Assembly: GCA_964636865.1 (NCBI GenBank)
Contig: CAZWVJ010000008.1
Span: forward strand, 862 to 64,861
Length of the DNA stretch: 64,000 nt
Direction of reading: 5' to 3'
Source: an uncultured Syntrophomonadaceae bacterium
GTDB lineage: Bacteria; Bacillota; Dethiobacteria; DTU022; PWGO01
Part shown: one piece after another, positions 9,791-19,626 of the stretch
How positions within the stretch are numbered: the first letter of the stretch is position 1
Layout: every line of letters starts with the position of its first letter
The notes under the pieces: model-generated
Databases searched by the model: none
Told to the model about the DNA's origin: nothing
What the model saw: only the letters and a program-made list of their open reading frames with translations
Program-made: the position numbers and the translations under genes

Positions 9791-11740
9791 TTGCCGGGCA
9801 AGAGGAGAATTTTCTTGGAGTTATTTGATATAGTTTGGCCCTGGGGAACAATATTAATTATTTTTCTAATATGTTTAATTATTGGCCTGGTTTTTTATTT
9901 CGGAGTTCGATTTGGGTCCGCAAAATCTTTGTCTCATTTATCCAAAAGTAAAAAAAATAACGATTTGCCGGCAGCTCAAGACCTTGAATATATGTTCCGT
10001 TTTTTTGATAATATGGAGCAGTGTGTGCTCCAATTGAGCCCTGATTACCGCATTGAATATATTAATCCCTCAGCTCGAGAAAAATTAAGCTTTCAGGTAG
10101 GCGAATTATGCTATCAACAAATTGGAAAGGAAGAGCCCTGCTCCCAATGCCCTCTTCCGCAGCTTTTACGATCATCTTCTACTTCGGCCGCTTACTCTGT
10201 CGAAGCTTTTAATAGGAATTTGAAGGGAAATGCATTCCAACATATTAGATCTGATGGAAGTATTTCAGTAATTACAATATTAGAAGATGAAACCGAGCAT
10301 ATGCAAACTAAGGAAGCATTAAAAAAATCGGAAATAAAATATCGGGAAGTTCTTGCGGTTATAAAAGAAGGTTATTATGAAATTGACCGGTCAAGCAATA
10401 TTATTTATTGTAACCACTCGGCGGCCAGTATGTTGGGATATGATGTCAATAAATTAATGGGAATAAATTTTAAAGAAATATGCAATGATCCTGAAGCAGT
10501 ATTTTATTATTTTGATCGGGTTATAAAGTCCGGTAGATCGGAACATGCCTTAACTATGGAAATGCTCCGAAAAGATGGCTCTTTAGGTTATGGGGAATTT
10601 TCTATTACTCCGGTTAAAGATAATGAAAATAATATTACCTCTTATCGGGTCACAATCCATGATATCACTGACCGCCGGCATTATGAAGAGCAGTTGAGGC
10701 ACTTAAGTTTTCGCGATCAACTTACCGGCCTTTATAACCGGGCATATTTTAAGAACGAACTAGAGCGTTTGGAAGGTAGTAGGGAATATCCTATTACCAT
10801 TATTTCTATTGATTTAGATGACTTAAAATTGGTTAACGATACTTTAGGTCATTTCCAGGGGGATGAACTTCTTAAGTCTTGTGCTGCTGTTTTGCGAGAC
10901 ATATTTCGTAGTTCGGATATTATATCCCGGATAGGAAGTGATGAATTTGCGGTTATACTTCCCCGGACAAGCGAGGAAGCGAGAACGAAAATAGTTGATC
11001 GGATAAACTCAACCATAGAGAAATTCAATGAGGAACAGAAACATAAATTACCCCTTCATATTTCTGTTGGCTCGGCTACAGCGAACGACCAAAATAAGCC
11101 GCTGGAGGAAACTTATAAAGAAGCGGATAATATCATGTACCAAAATCAATCCCATAAAGGCATTAAAGCCAGATCGCAAATGATCCAGGCCCTTATAACT
11201 ATGCTGGGAGAAAAAGATTATTGTACCAAAGGGCATACTCAGAGATTGGAAGATATTTGTTCGGAAATAGGGAAGCGGTTAAATTTATCAGAGAAGCAGC
11301 TTTCCAACCTGATTTTTCTTGCCCAGGTTCATGATTTGGGTAAGGTGGGCATTCCGGATAGGATATTGTTCAAGGAAGGGTCCCTTACTGATGAAGAGTG
11401 GGAAATTATGCAGCAGCATGCAGAAAAAGGCTACCGTATTGCCCTTTCTTCCATTGGCCTCGCAGAAATAGCAGATTTGATTTTAAAACATCATGAGAGA
11501 TGGGATGGAACAGGTTATCCTTTGGGGTTAAAAGGAGAGGAGATTCCTATAGAATGCCGTATTTTGGCTGTTGTGGATGCTTATGACGCTATGACGAATG
11601 ATCGTCCTTACCGTAAAGCTATGACCCATGAAGAGGCTGTAACCGAACTGCAGGAATATGCAGGTAGTTATTTTGATCCCCAAGTAGTGCAATTGTTCCT
11701 CTCTATTTTGGAAGAAAAAAATGTGTTAGAAAATCAATAA
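9791..11740 (+). CDS. membrane-anchored PAS - GGDEF (GSDEF variant) - HD-GYP signalling protein
   Basis: N-terminal TM helix. PAS-like regions. GGDEF-domain core YNRAYF...DDLKLVNDTLGH...RSSDIISRIGSDEF. HD-GYP motifs HDLGKVGIPD and HHERWDGTGYP. The TTG at 9815 follows AGGAGA and is an alternative start. Confidence 0.85.
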   Translation: MPGKRRIFLELFDIVWPWGTILIIFLICLIIGLVFYFGVRFGSAKSLSHLSKSKKNNDLPAAQDLEYMFRFFDNMEQCVLQLSPDYRIEYINPSAREKLSFQVGELCYQQIGKEEPCSQCPLPQLLRSSSTSAAYSVEAFNRNLKGNAFQHIRSDGSISVITILEDETEHMQTKEALKKSEIKYREVLAVIKEGYYEIDRSSNIIYCNHSAASMLGYDVNKLMGINFKEICNDPEAVFYYFDRVIKSGRSEHALTMEMLRKDGSLGYGEFSITPVKDNENNITSYRVTIHDITDRRHYEEQLRHLSFRDQLTGLYNRAYFKNELERLEGSREYPITIISIDLDDLKLVNDTLGHFQGDELLKSCAAVLRDIFRSSDIISRIGSDEFAVILPRTSEEARTKIVDRINSTIEKFNEEQKHKLPLHISVGSATANDQNKPLEETYKEADNIMYQNQSHKGIKARSQMIQALITMLGEKDYCTKGHTQRLEDICSEIGKRLNLSEKQLSNLIFLAQVHDLGKVGIPDRILFKEGSLTDEEWEIMQQHAEKGYRIALSSIGLAEIADLILKHHERWDGTGYPLGLKGEEIPIECRILAVVDAYDAMTNDRPYRKAMTHEEAVTELQEYAGSYFDPQVVQLFLSILEEKNVLENQ

Positions 11741-11907
11741 ACGCAATCGAAGATAATTGCTGATAAGTTAGGTAAGTTGAAAGTAACTCAAGTGTTCTGT
11801 TCTTTCGTTCTTTAATTTAAAATTCCACATGCTTGGAGGAAATGATAATAAGTTGTCGAATTAGGCTAATATATCATGGTTAATAAAAGAAAGCTATAAT
11901 TTGTCTT

Positions 11908-12471
11908 TTGAGAAAGGATGGTGGAGCATTGAAAGCTATAGCTTTTATATTAATATTACTTTTATCATTGGTAGTTGCAGGGTGTGGAGCCATACAAGAG
12001 TACGATTATGAAGGTGAATACAAAGATGGCGTGCCGCACGGTGAGGGGATTATGGAATTTTGGGATGAATCCGAATATGTAGGTGAAGTTTATGAAGGAG
12101 AAATTCATGGTGAAGGTACATATATCTGGCGAGATGGAAGTAAATACGAAGGTGAATGGAAAAATGGGGAAAAACATGGTGAAGGGATAAAATATAACGC
12201 GGAGGGCCAGAAAGTTTACGAGGGCGAGTGGAAAGAAGGAGAGAGACATGGTTACGGTAAGGAATACTGGGAAGAAGAAGGCAAAGTAGGTTATGAAGGG
12301 GAATGGAAAGAAGGAGAAAAACATGGAGAGGGCACAATATATTTTGATGAAATAAAATATTATGAAGGTGGCTTTAAAGAAGGAAGAACACACGGGCACG
12401 GTGTTGTATATAATGAGGACGGCACCATCTATTATGAAGGTGAATGGGAACACGGAGAAAAAGTAGAATAG
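11908..12471 (+). CDS. MORN-repeat lipoprotein
   Basis: Lipobox LSLVVAGC after a hydrophobic signal. About seven tandem YEGEWK-G-KHGEG MORN repeats. The exact start is uncertain. Confidence 0.8.
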   Translation: MRKDGGALKAIAFILILLLSLVVAGCGAIQEYDYEGEYKDGVPHGEGIMEFWDESEYVGEVYEGEIHGEGTYIWRDGSKYEGEWKNGEKHGEGIKYNAEGQKVYEGEWKEGERHGYGKEYWEEEGKVGYEGEWKEGEKHGEGTIYFDEIKYYEGGFKEGRTHGHGVVYNEDGTIYYEGEWEHGEKVE

Positions 12472-12494
12472 AGGGCATTTTATTATTGAAAGAG

Positions 12495-12530
12495 CCTGGT
12501 TTTCTTTGGGAAAACCAGGACTCTTTGTGT
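12495..12530 (+). terminator. stem-loop after the MORN gene
   Basis: CCTGGTTTTC (12495-12504) pairs perfectly with GAAAACCAGG (12510-12519). The downstream T-run is only weak (CTCTTTGTGT). Confidence 0.5.
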
Positions 12531-12882
12531 CAGAGGATGGCAATGTGAAAATTATTTTCCTTTCTTTTTCCCTAAATTTTATTCTTATCTTAATATCTCT
12601 TTATATATCTGCTTTATAGCCGGAAAAATGTTTGGTTAGGGTTTTGAATTTTAGCGAGACTTGTTTATCTTTTCAGCATTCGGCTTTGCGAGGTTCCCGG
12701 CAGAAGATGCCCTCCCGGCTAACTTATAAATGACTTTCAGGTTTATTAAATGGCCTATATTTCTGACTTGCACTGTTCATTGCCATCATTTTTCGCAGCA
12801 GGAGCCAAATTACCTGTATGTATTGATTTACTTAGATCAGGAAAAATTTTTTTATTTCTATATAAATGAAGGAGGGGTTTAT

Positions 12883-13629
12883 GTGTTAACTTTGGAGAAT
12901 GTAGGTTTTGCTTTGGAAGAAGATGAACAAAAAGTTCATATTCTTAAAGGAGTGAACCTGCAATTGGAAGCAGGAAAGATGTATGCTGTCACCGGACCTA
13001 ATGGCAGTGGAAAGTCTTCTGTGCTCAAAACAATTATGGGGATATTTTTGCCTACGGAAGGAAAAGTGGAGTTCCAGGGGCAAGATATTACTAACCTTTC
13101 TGTTACCGAAAGATCCCGTATGGGAATAGGGTACGCTTTTCAACAACCGGCAAGGTTTAAAGGGTTGAAAGTGAAAGACTTATTAGAGGTAGCTATGCAG
13201 GATGACGATATTACTGATTGTAAATACCTTAGTAATATGGGACTTTGTCCTGATGATTACCTTGAGCGCCCGCTGGATAGTAGTTTGTCGGGAGGGGAAA
13301 TGAAAAGGATTGAAATAGCCACTCTTTTAGCTCAAGATCCTACCGTAAGGCTTTTTGATGAGCCGGAAGCAGGTATTGATCTTTGGAGCTTTACTCAATT
13401 GATAAATGTAGTTAAAGAAAGTCACTACGAAGATAAAATAACGGTTATCATTTCGCATCAGGAAAAAATCCTTACTATGGTAGATGAGATTATATTGGTT
13501 GTAGACGGGCATATAGAGATGAAAGGTTCCAGTGAAAAAGTTTGGCCTCAGGTGCGTGATTACAGTGGGTGTGCTTGCTTTAATAGCTGTGCAAAGGAGG
13601 GGGAAATCTATGCTAACTGCCCTCGATAA
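12883..13629 (+). CDS. sufC: SufC-like Fe-S cluster assembly ATPase
   Basis: Walker A GPNGSGKSS, signature LSGGEMKRIEI, Walker B LFDEPEAGIDL, H-loop ISH. The GTG at 12883 lies 7 nt after AAGGAGGGG. The ORF-track extension back to 12730 has no ATPase homology. Confidence 0.85.
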   Translation: MLTLENVGFALEEDEQKVHILKGVNLQLEAGKMYAVTGPNGSGKSSVLKTIMGIFLPTEGKVEFQGQDITNLSVTERSRMGIGYAFQQPARFKGLKVKDLLEVAMQDDDITDCKYLSNMGLCPDDYLERPLDSSLSGGEMKRIEIATLLAQDPTVRLFDEPEAGIDLWSFTQLINVVKESHYEDKITVIISHQEKILTMVDEIILVVDGHIEMKGSSEKVWPQVRDYSGCACFNSCAKEGEIYANCPR

Positions 13630-14527
13630 ACGTTTACTGAAAGAAGTAGCGGATCTTCATCGGGATCCTCCAGGGGCTTATAATATTCGGAAAGACGGGC
13701 AAGGTATAGATCGTCATTCCTTGCCGGGGGTAGAAATTAACCCCAAGGAAGGGGAGCCCGGAATAGATGTGCTTGTAGAACCCGGAAAAGAGGGAACCGT
13801 TCATATTCCGGTATTATTAACCGAATCTGACCAAAGTGATCTGGTGTACAATACCATCGATATTGGAGCGGAAGCAGATATTCTTTTGGTTGCAGGCTGT
13901 GGCATTCATAATCCGGGGGGAGGAACGGCACAGCATGATGGCCTACATACTATCACCGTGCGTAAAGGTGCTCGCTTACGTTATGTGGAAAAACATTTTG
14001 GAGAAGGTGAGGGAGAAGGAGAACGTATCCTAAACCCCAAAACTGAAATAATGGTAGAGGAAGGAGCTTATGTGGAGCTGGAATTAGTTCAGATCCGCGG
14101 GGTAGACCATACTGTGCGTTCTACGATGGCCCAGATTAAGCCCACGGGGCAGTTGGTTATGTTTGAACGCATGTTAACAGATGGAGAACAATCGGCGGAA
14201 TCTGACATAGAGGTGAAATTATATGGGGATGAGTGTGTGGCGCGTGCTGTATCCCGTTCAGTAGCGCAAGACAGGTCACGCCAAATATTCCGCCCTCGCC
14301 TGATTGCTTATGGACGAGGTAGAGGCCGCGTAGAATGTGACTCTATAATTATGGGTGAAGCGTCTATTCGCTCCATTCCGGAAATTGCGGCAGAACATGC
14401 CGAGGCTGAACTGGCCCATGAGGCTGCTATAGGGAAAATAGCGGGGGATCAAATGATGAAGCTTATGGCATTAGGTTTAACTTCCGAAGAAGCTGAAGAA
14501 AAAATAATTAGCGGCTTTTTATCTTAA
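13610..14527 (+). CDS. short SufB/SufD-family Fe-S scaffold protein
   Basis: The C-terminal AHEAAIGKIAGDQMMKLMALGLTSEEAEEKIISGF matches the conserved SufB/D tail. About 305 aa. The ATG at 13610 follows AAGGAGGGGG and overlaps the sufC end by 20 nt. Confidence 0.8.
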   Translation: MLTALDKRLLKEVADLHRDPPGAYNIRKDGQGIDRHSLPGVEINPKEGEPGIDVLVEPGKEGTVHIPVLLTESDQSDLVYNTIDIGAEADILLVAGCGIHNPGGGTAQHDGLHTITVRKGARLRYVEKHFGEGEGEGERILNPKTEIMVEEGAYVELELVQIRGVDHTVRSTMAQIKPTGQLVMFERMLTDGEQSAESDIEVKLYGDECVARAVSRSVAQDRSRQIFRPRLIAYGRGRGRVECDSIIMGEASIRSIPEIAAEHAEAELAHEAAIGKIAGDQMMKLMALGLTSEEAEEKIISGFLS

Positions 14528-14561
14528 AATTAATTGTGGTTATTACTCATGGTGGTATTTG

Positions 14562-15809
14562 ATGCCTAAAAACAATTTTTGGAGAGCTAATTATTCATGG
14601 GTTGTCCTGGTGATGGGTACACTGGTAGTTTTTGGGGCGCTGGGACTGGCTCGCTATGGCTATTCCATGGTTTTACCCGAAATGCAGCCGGCGTTGAAAA
14701 TGGATAATACTCAGGCCGGCCTGCTGGCGACGTTCAATTTGGGAGGTTATCTGGCTTTTGCCCTTATTGGTGGCGCTTTGGCTTCACGTTTTGGGATTAG
14801 GCTGGTGGCATCTTTAGGGCTTTTATTAGCCGGGGTGGGCATGTTCCTTACCGGAATGGCGGAAGGTTTTATACCTGTGTCAATTTGGAGAGGAATGACC
14901 GGTTTGGGAAGTGGCGCTGCTAATGTAGCCATCATGGGGTTATGGGCGGCCTGGTTTTCTCAAAGAATGCGGGGGCTGGCTGCCGGTATTGCCGTAGCCG
15001 GTTCATCGATGGGGCTGATTTTTACCGGTTTGCTGGTACCCTGGATCATAGCAGAATATGGCGACCCGGCCTGGCGTATATCCTGGTATATTTTTGGTCT
15101 TATAACCATAGCCCTGGCTATAACTTCATTTATGGTGCTGCGAAATAATCCCGCTGAAATTGGCTTAAAATTATCTGTGCAGGAAGAAAAAATCCGGCCT
15201 TCAAAAAACAATGCAGATCAAATATATTCATGGAAGCATGTTTACCTTTCTCCTCCGGTTTGGTACCTGGGCCTTGTTTACACTGCTTTTGGTTTTTCTT
15301 ATGTTATCTACATGACCTATTTTGTAAATTTCCTGGTTCAAGAATATGCTTATACGGCAGCGGAAGCAGGAAATTTGTTTATGATAATGGGCTGGCTTAG
15401 CTTGCTTTGCGGTGTTATCTGGGGAAGCGTGTCTGATTATATCGGTCGCAGGAACACGCTGACAATTTTATTTCTTCTTCATGGGGTGGCTTTTTTTCTA
15501 TTTGGTGCCGGCGGTGCCCCGGTGTATTTTACTATTTCGGCGGTTCTTTTCGGGCTTTCTGCATGGAGCATACCTGCAGTTATGGCTGCGGCATGCGGTG
15601 ACATGCTGGGATCGAAGTTTGCCCCTGCAGCGCTTGGTTTTATTACCCTCTTTTTCGGTATCGGGCAGGCTTTAGGTCCGGTAGCAGGTGGTGCCATTGC
15701 AGATAGCATGAGTTCATTTGAACCGGCATTTTTGCTTGCCGCCGCAGTTGCTCTGATGGGGGCCGGGGCCGCTAGATTTCTACTTAAGGGAAAAAGCCAC
15801 TCTGCATAG
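14562..15809 (+). CDS. MFS transporter
   Basis: About 12 hydrophobic helices with a central hydrophilic loop (QEEKIRPSKNNADQ). Small-residue-rich helices typical of MFS. Confidence 0.8.
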   Translation: MPKNNFWRANYSWVVLVMGTLVVFGALGLARYGYSMVLPEMQPALKMDNTQAGLLATFNLGGYLAFALIGGALASRFGIRLVASLGLLLAGVGMFLTGMAEGFIPVSIWRGMTGLGSGAANVAIMGLWAAWFSQRMRGLAAGIAVAGSSMGLIFTGLLVPWIIAEYGDPAWRISWYIFGLITIALAITSFMVLRNNPAEIGLKLSVQEEKIRPSKNNADQIYSWKHVYLSPPVWYLGLVYTAFGFSYVIYMTYFVNFLVQEYAYTAAEAGNLFMIMGWLSLLCGVIWGSVSDYIGRRNTLTILFLLHGVAFFLFGAGGAPVYFTISAVLFGLSAWSIPAVMAAACGDMLGSKFAPAALGFITLFFGIGQALGPVAGGAIADSMSSFEPAFLLAAAVALMGAGAARFLLKGKSHSA

Positions 15810-15944
15810 CTAACAGGTTGAAGTTTATGTATATTATTATGAGGGTGACGTTGTTGATGAGTTTAACCACAGCAACTATAATGATAGCAGGCTACAGAAT
15901 TAGATTATGGAGAGGAGCGAAGAAAAATTAACAGATATCTTCGC

Positions 15945-16772
15945 ATGATAGGGTTTATAGCTTTGATAGCAGGGTTGTTTATATTAGCCCAAATCATCAG
16001 TGGTTCATTGTATGCTTTTTATGTTAACTTTACCCATACCCTGGAAGGTATAGAGCTGACAATGGGGGAATATCGGGAACTAATTGAAGAAAATATGATC
16101 TATATTGCTATCCTGAGCGGAGTTTTGACCCTGGTATTTTTTTGGTTGTTTTTCCTAATTAGAAAGGTAGTAACCATTAACAAGGAAGGTTTGTTGGAAT
16201 ACTGCAAATTTAGAAAACTATCTTTAGCCCAGTTGGTAATGACTATTCTTATGGGTGTGTCTTTCTATTTCATTTTAGCGGGGGTTATGTTTTTCACAGA
16301 GCTGCCCCGGTACTTTCCTGAACACCAGCAATTGTTAGAGCCTATGTTTGCCCAGCATTTTTTGGTTTCCATAATTGGTTTGGGACTGATAGCTTCCCTT
16401 GCAGAGGAAATAGGATTCCGAGGCATTATTTTTAATCGTATGCGTGAAGATATTCCTGTGATGGCGGCTGTGTTTCTTCAAGCGGTATTTTTTGGTTTTA
16501 TCCATTTTAATGTCCTTCAGTCAAGTTATGCTTTTATCCTGGGGTTGCTTATTGGTTTTTTATACTTATGGACGGGTTCTATCTGGGGCCCGATTATTGC
16601 CCACTTTACTTTTAATTCCTCTTCCGTGCTTATGGAGCAGGTAATCGAGATAGAAAAAACTCCAACTGATGTGGGCCTTCTGATGGCAGTAGGTTCAGTG
16701 GTGTTGGTAGTATCCATAGTATATTTTGTCAATAATTCCCATAATGAGCAGAGCATAGATGGTGCAGCATAA
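15945..16772 (+). CDS. CPBP family intramembrane glutamic endopeptidase
   Basis: EEIGFRG motif, FGFIH motif and a late HFTFN motif within a polytopic membrane protein. Confidence 0.85.
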   Translation: MIGFIALIAGLFILAQIISGSLYAFYVNFTHTLEGIELTMGEYRELIEENMIYIAILSGVLTLVFFWLFFLIRKVVTINKEGLLEYCKFRKLSLAQLVMTILMGVSFYFILAGVMFFTELPRYFPEHQQLLEPMFAQHFLVSIIGLGLIASLAEEIGFRGIIFNRMREDIPVMAAVFLQAVFFGFIHFNVLQSSYAFILGLLIGFLYLWTGSIWGPIIAHFTFNSSSVLMEQVIEIEKTPTDVGLLMAVGSVVLVVSIVYFVNNSHNEQSIDGAA

Positions 16773-16874
16773 TTTTATGTGTTGCAAATTACAGATTATA
16801 TTTTTTATGTTTCAACATCAAAAGATTTCTTTCTTTTTCCTGAAGAAGGAATTTAACTGGGGGGAAGGGTAAAA

Positions 16875-18188
16875 TTGCTTAAGTCACTGCCTCTTTGGGG
16901 TAAAATTGCTTATGGCGGCGGTGCAGCCGGATGGACCCTTTTAGAAAGGGTTATTCTTACCTGGCTTTTTTATTTCTATATTACCAGCCCCATAGAAGGT
17001 GTAGAGGCCTTATTGGGTCCCATGGCGTTTGGTTTCATCATGTTTGGGGGAAGAGTGATTGATGCCATTGCTGATCCCCTGGTTGCCCGTTTTTCAGATA
17101 ATTACAGCAGTAGATTGGGGCGAAGAATGCCATTCATGCTTGTGGGGGGGATAATATATGCCGCAGCATTTTTGGCTTTATTTTATCCACCCGTGGCCGA
17201 GCAATCTGCCTGGAACAGTGTTCACCTGGTTTTTTTTCTGGGGCTCTTTTACTTCATGTTTACTGCTTATGTGTGTCCTTACCTGGCTTTGCTTCCTGAA
17301 TTAGCCCGAACCAAATCTGACCGGGTAGATTTATCTACTTCCAAGGCTGTTTTTACTATGTTGGGAGCAGGCGTAGCGATGTTGGGTTCCAGTATCTTGT
17401 TGGGATATACAGATTTCCATACCATGATCTGGATCATGGCGTTAATAGCCCTAATTTTTCTTTATATCCCCGCATTTATTAAGGAAAAACATTATGCTGA
17501 AGCCCGGCCGGCTAACATGGGCCTTTTGGATGCGGTAAAAACTACCTTTCAAAACAGGCCTTTTAGGATTTATTTGGTGGGTAGTATGGCCTTGTGGTTT
17601 GGGTTTAATATTATTAGCCTTAATTTGCCTCTTTATGTGACCGAATTGCTTGGCAGGCCGGAAGAAGATATGGCTGTAATGTTTGCTGCTTGGGGAACAG
17701 CTGTGGTTGCTTTTTTCCTCATCAATTTCCTGGCTAAAAAATGGGGTTTAAAATTTGTTATGCTTATTGCCATGATAGTTTTTGTGATAAGTTTGCCTTT
17801 ACTTTACTTCATGGTAGATCCCTTTTGGAATATACCGCCTACTGTTCTCTGGTTCTTTTCTATGGGGTTGGCGGGTTTTTCCATTGCCGGAGTTCTTATA
17901 GTACCCGATGCTATTGTGGCTACAATATCGGATATGGAAGAAAAGATTACAGGGCAGAGAAGAGAGGCCATGTACTATGGTGTCCAGGGTTTTTTTCTCA
18001 AATTAACCATAGGAATATCCACCGTTGTTACCGGAGGTTTGGTAGAATTTTTTGGTCGGCCTCTGGGCGTTCAACTGACCGGGCCGGTTGCGGCTTTAAT
18101 AATTTTGCTCGGAGCCATTTTCTTTTTACGCTATCCCGAACAAGAAGTAATGCAAGCCAGTGAAGAAATACAAAGCGGTTTAGAATAA
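16875..18188 (+). CDS. GPH-family (MelB-like) cation symporter
   Basis: DAIADPLVARFSDNYSSRLGRRMPFML matches the GPH signature (D-x-x-DP...G-R-R-P). 12-TM topology. TTG start after GGGGGAAGGG. Confidence 0.8.
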   Translation: MLKSLPLWGKIAYGGGAAGWTLLERVILTWLFYFYITSPIEGVEALLGPMAFGFIMFGGRVIDAIADPLVARFSDNYSSRLGRRMPFMLVGGIIYAAAFLALFYPPVAEQSAWNSVHLVFFLGLFYFMFTAYVCPYLALLPELARTKSDRVDLSTSKAVFTMLGAGVAMLGSSILLGYTDFHTMIWIMALIALIFLYIPAFIKEKHYAEARPANMGLLDAVKTTFQNRPFRIYLVGSMALWFGFNIISLNLPLYVTELLGRPEEDMAVMFAAWGTAVVAFFLINFLAKKWGLKFVMLIAMIVFVISLPLLYFMVDPFWNIPPTVLWFFSMGLAGFSIAGVLIVPDAIVATISDMEEKITGQRREAMYYGVQGFFLKLTIGISTVVTGGLVEFFGRPLGVQLTGPVAALIILLGAIFFLRYPEQEVMQASEEIQSGLE

Positions 18189-18513
18189 TAATGGGGCAAG
18201 GAGCAGTGATTTGGCAACATTTTGGTTTTCTCATCTATATTATTTGAGATAGAATTAAAAGTTATTAAAGTATTTAGCCGGACAGCCTTGACAACAAAGA
18301 TAATCATATTATGAAATTTTCCGGCAGGCAAAAATTTTATTTAATAAGGAACCTTATTTATATTATTTTAGTCATAAGAGTAAACAAACATTTTTCATAT
18401 TTCATAAGCGGAGCATTATTAGTTAAAAGATTAAAAATGGAATCTTATTAGCAATTATATAGTGGTGCATTATGTCATAATGAAAAAGGGATTTTACACA
18501 AGGGGGAATTCGT

Positions 18514-19407
18514 ATGAAACGCTTATTAGTATTTTGCCTGATCTTGCTAATGGTGACGGGTTTGGGGGGAATTATATTTACAGGTTGTGGTTTGGATGAG
18601 GAGGTTAGTGAAGATGTTGCTGTACCTCCGGATGCTGAGATGGAACAAGAACTAATGAGGACGGAAGAAGATGTAGCCGATTTTGCCAATGAAATAGAAA
18701 CTAATGAGGACAACGATGTAAGCGGGGCAGAAGTTGAGGAAAAAATTATAAAAGAAGGCTGGGTGGAATACGTTACCGATGATGTGGAAGCAAAAGTGGA
18801 AGAAGTTGAACAAATAGTGGAAGAATACGAAGGACATATTCAAGAATCTTCCTTCAGTAAAATGAATGATCGCGCGAAAGCCAGGTTAAATATAAGAATT
18901 GAAAGCAATCTTTTTGAATCTGTTTATGGAGCTCTGGGAGAAATAGAAGATCTGGTAGAAAAAGAAAGTACTACCGAAGATATCACTATGGAATACGTGG
19001 ATCTTAAACGTAGGTTAGAAGTATATGAAGCCCAGGAAGAACGTTACCTGGAAATGTTAGAAGAAGCTGAAAACATTGAAGAAATGCTGGAAGTAGAAAA
19101 AGAATTGGAAAAAATAAGATTAGAAATTGAAAGTTATAAGGGTAAAATTAATTACTTTGACAGTGTTACCGACTATTCTTACATTGATGTTACGGTGGAA
19201 GAGAAAAAAGCTGTAGCGGCTGCCCAGACTCCTGATAACGTGTGGGAAGAGTTTGTATTTTCATTATCTGAGGGGTGGCAATTTTTCTCTGCGGTAGTTG
19301 TTTCCATGGTATCTTCCATTATCTGGGGTCTTCCTTTCATTATTACCCTTGGTATTCTTATTTTTGTGGTGATAAAAATAAGAAAGAGAAGCATAGCGCG
19401 GGAATAA
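18514..19407 (+). CDS. DUF4349-like lipoprotein with C-terminal TM helices
   Basis: Lipobox IFTGC. Very acidic coiled-coil centre (RLEVYEAQEERYLEMLEEAENIEEMLEVEKELEKIR). Two C-terminal hydrophobic helices. Confidence 0.6.
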   Translation: MKRLLVFCLILLMVTGLGGIIFTGCGLDEEVSEDVAVPPDAEMEQELMRTEEDVADFANEIETNEDNDVSGAEVEEKIIKEGWVEYVTDDVEAKVEEVEQIVEEYEGHIQESSFSKMNDRAKARLNIRIESNLFESVYGALGEIEDLVEKESTTEDITMEYVDLKRRLEVYEAQEERYLEMLEEAENIEEMLEVEKELEKIRLEIESYKGKINYFDSVTDYSYIDVTVEEKKAVAAAQTPDNVWEEFVFSLSEGWQFFSAVVVSMVSSIIWGLPFIITLGILIFVVIKIRKRSIARE

Positions 19408-19532
19408 AAGTTAAAGAGAATAATTTTACTATTTTTTTAGGCGAAGTTTTGTCCATAAACTGAGAAATTATTATAATTCACTTTGTTAGAAATTGTAAAA
19501 TTTGCTTTGCGGGAAATTCCTATATGAACTCT

Positions 19533-19564
19533 AAATCCCACTGCTTTTGTAGTGGGATTTTTTC
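19533..19564 (+). terminator. 10-bp perfect hairpin plus T-run
   Basis: AAATCCCACT (19533-19542) pairs with AGTGGGATTT (19551-19560) and is followed by TTTT. A related second copy lies at 19678-19702. Confidence 0.45.
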
Positions 19565-19597
19565 AAAATGCTTATTTTAGAGGTGCGGTAGTGTTTG

Positions 19598-19626
19598 TTG
19601 ACATATACCAATAATAACCATAAAAT
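19598..19626 (+). promoter_or_regulatory. sigma-A-like promoter upstream of the DUF134 gene
   Basis: TTGACA (19598-19603), a 17-nt spacer, then TAAAAT (19621-19626). AGTGATAGTA is directly repeated downstream at about 19643 and 19713. Confidence 0.4.

Noticed and set aside
11965-12543. 192-aa and 95-aa ORFs antisense to the MORN-repeat gene
   Set aside because: They are low-complexity, Phe/Ile-rich mirror images of the GEW/KHGEG repeat codons. They have no RBS and lie entirely inside a well-supported sense gene. They are repeat-driven open-frame artefacts.
12730-12882. N-terminal 51-codon extension of the SufC-like ORF given in the ORF track
   Set aside because: The extension (MTFRFIKWPIFLTCTVHCHH...) has no ATPase similarity. 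A GTG with a strong AAGGAGGGG RBS at 12883 gives a normal SufC of about 248 aa.
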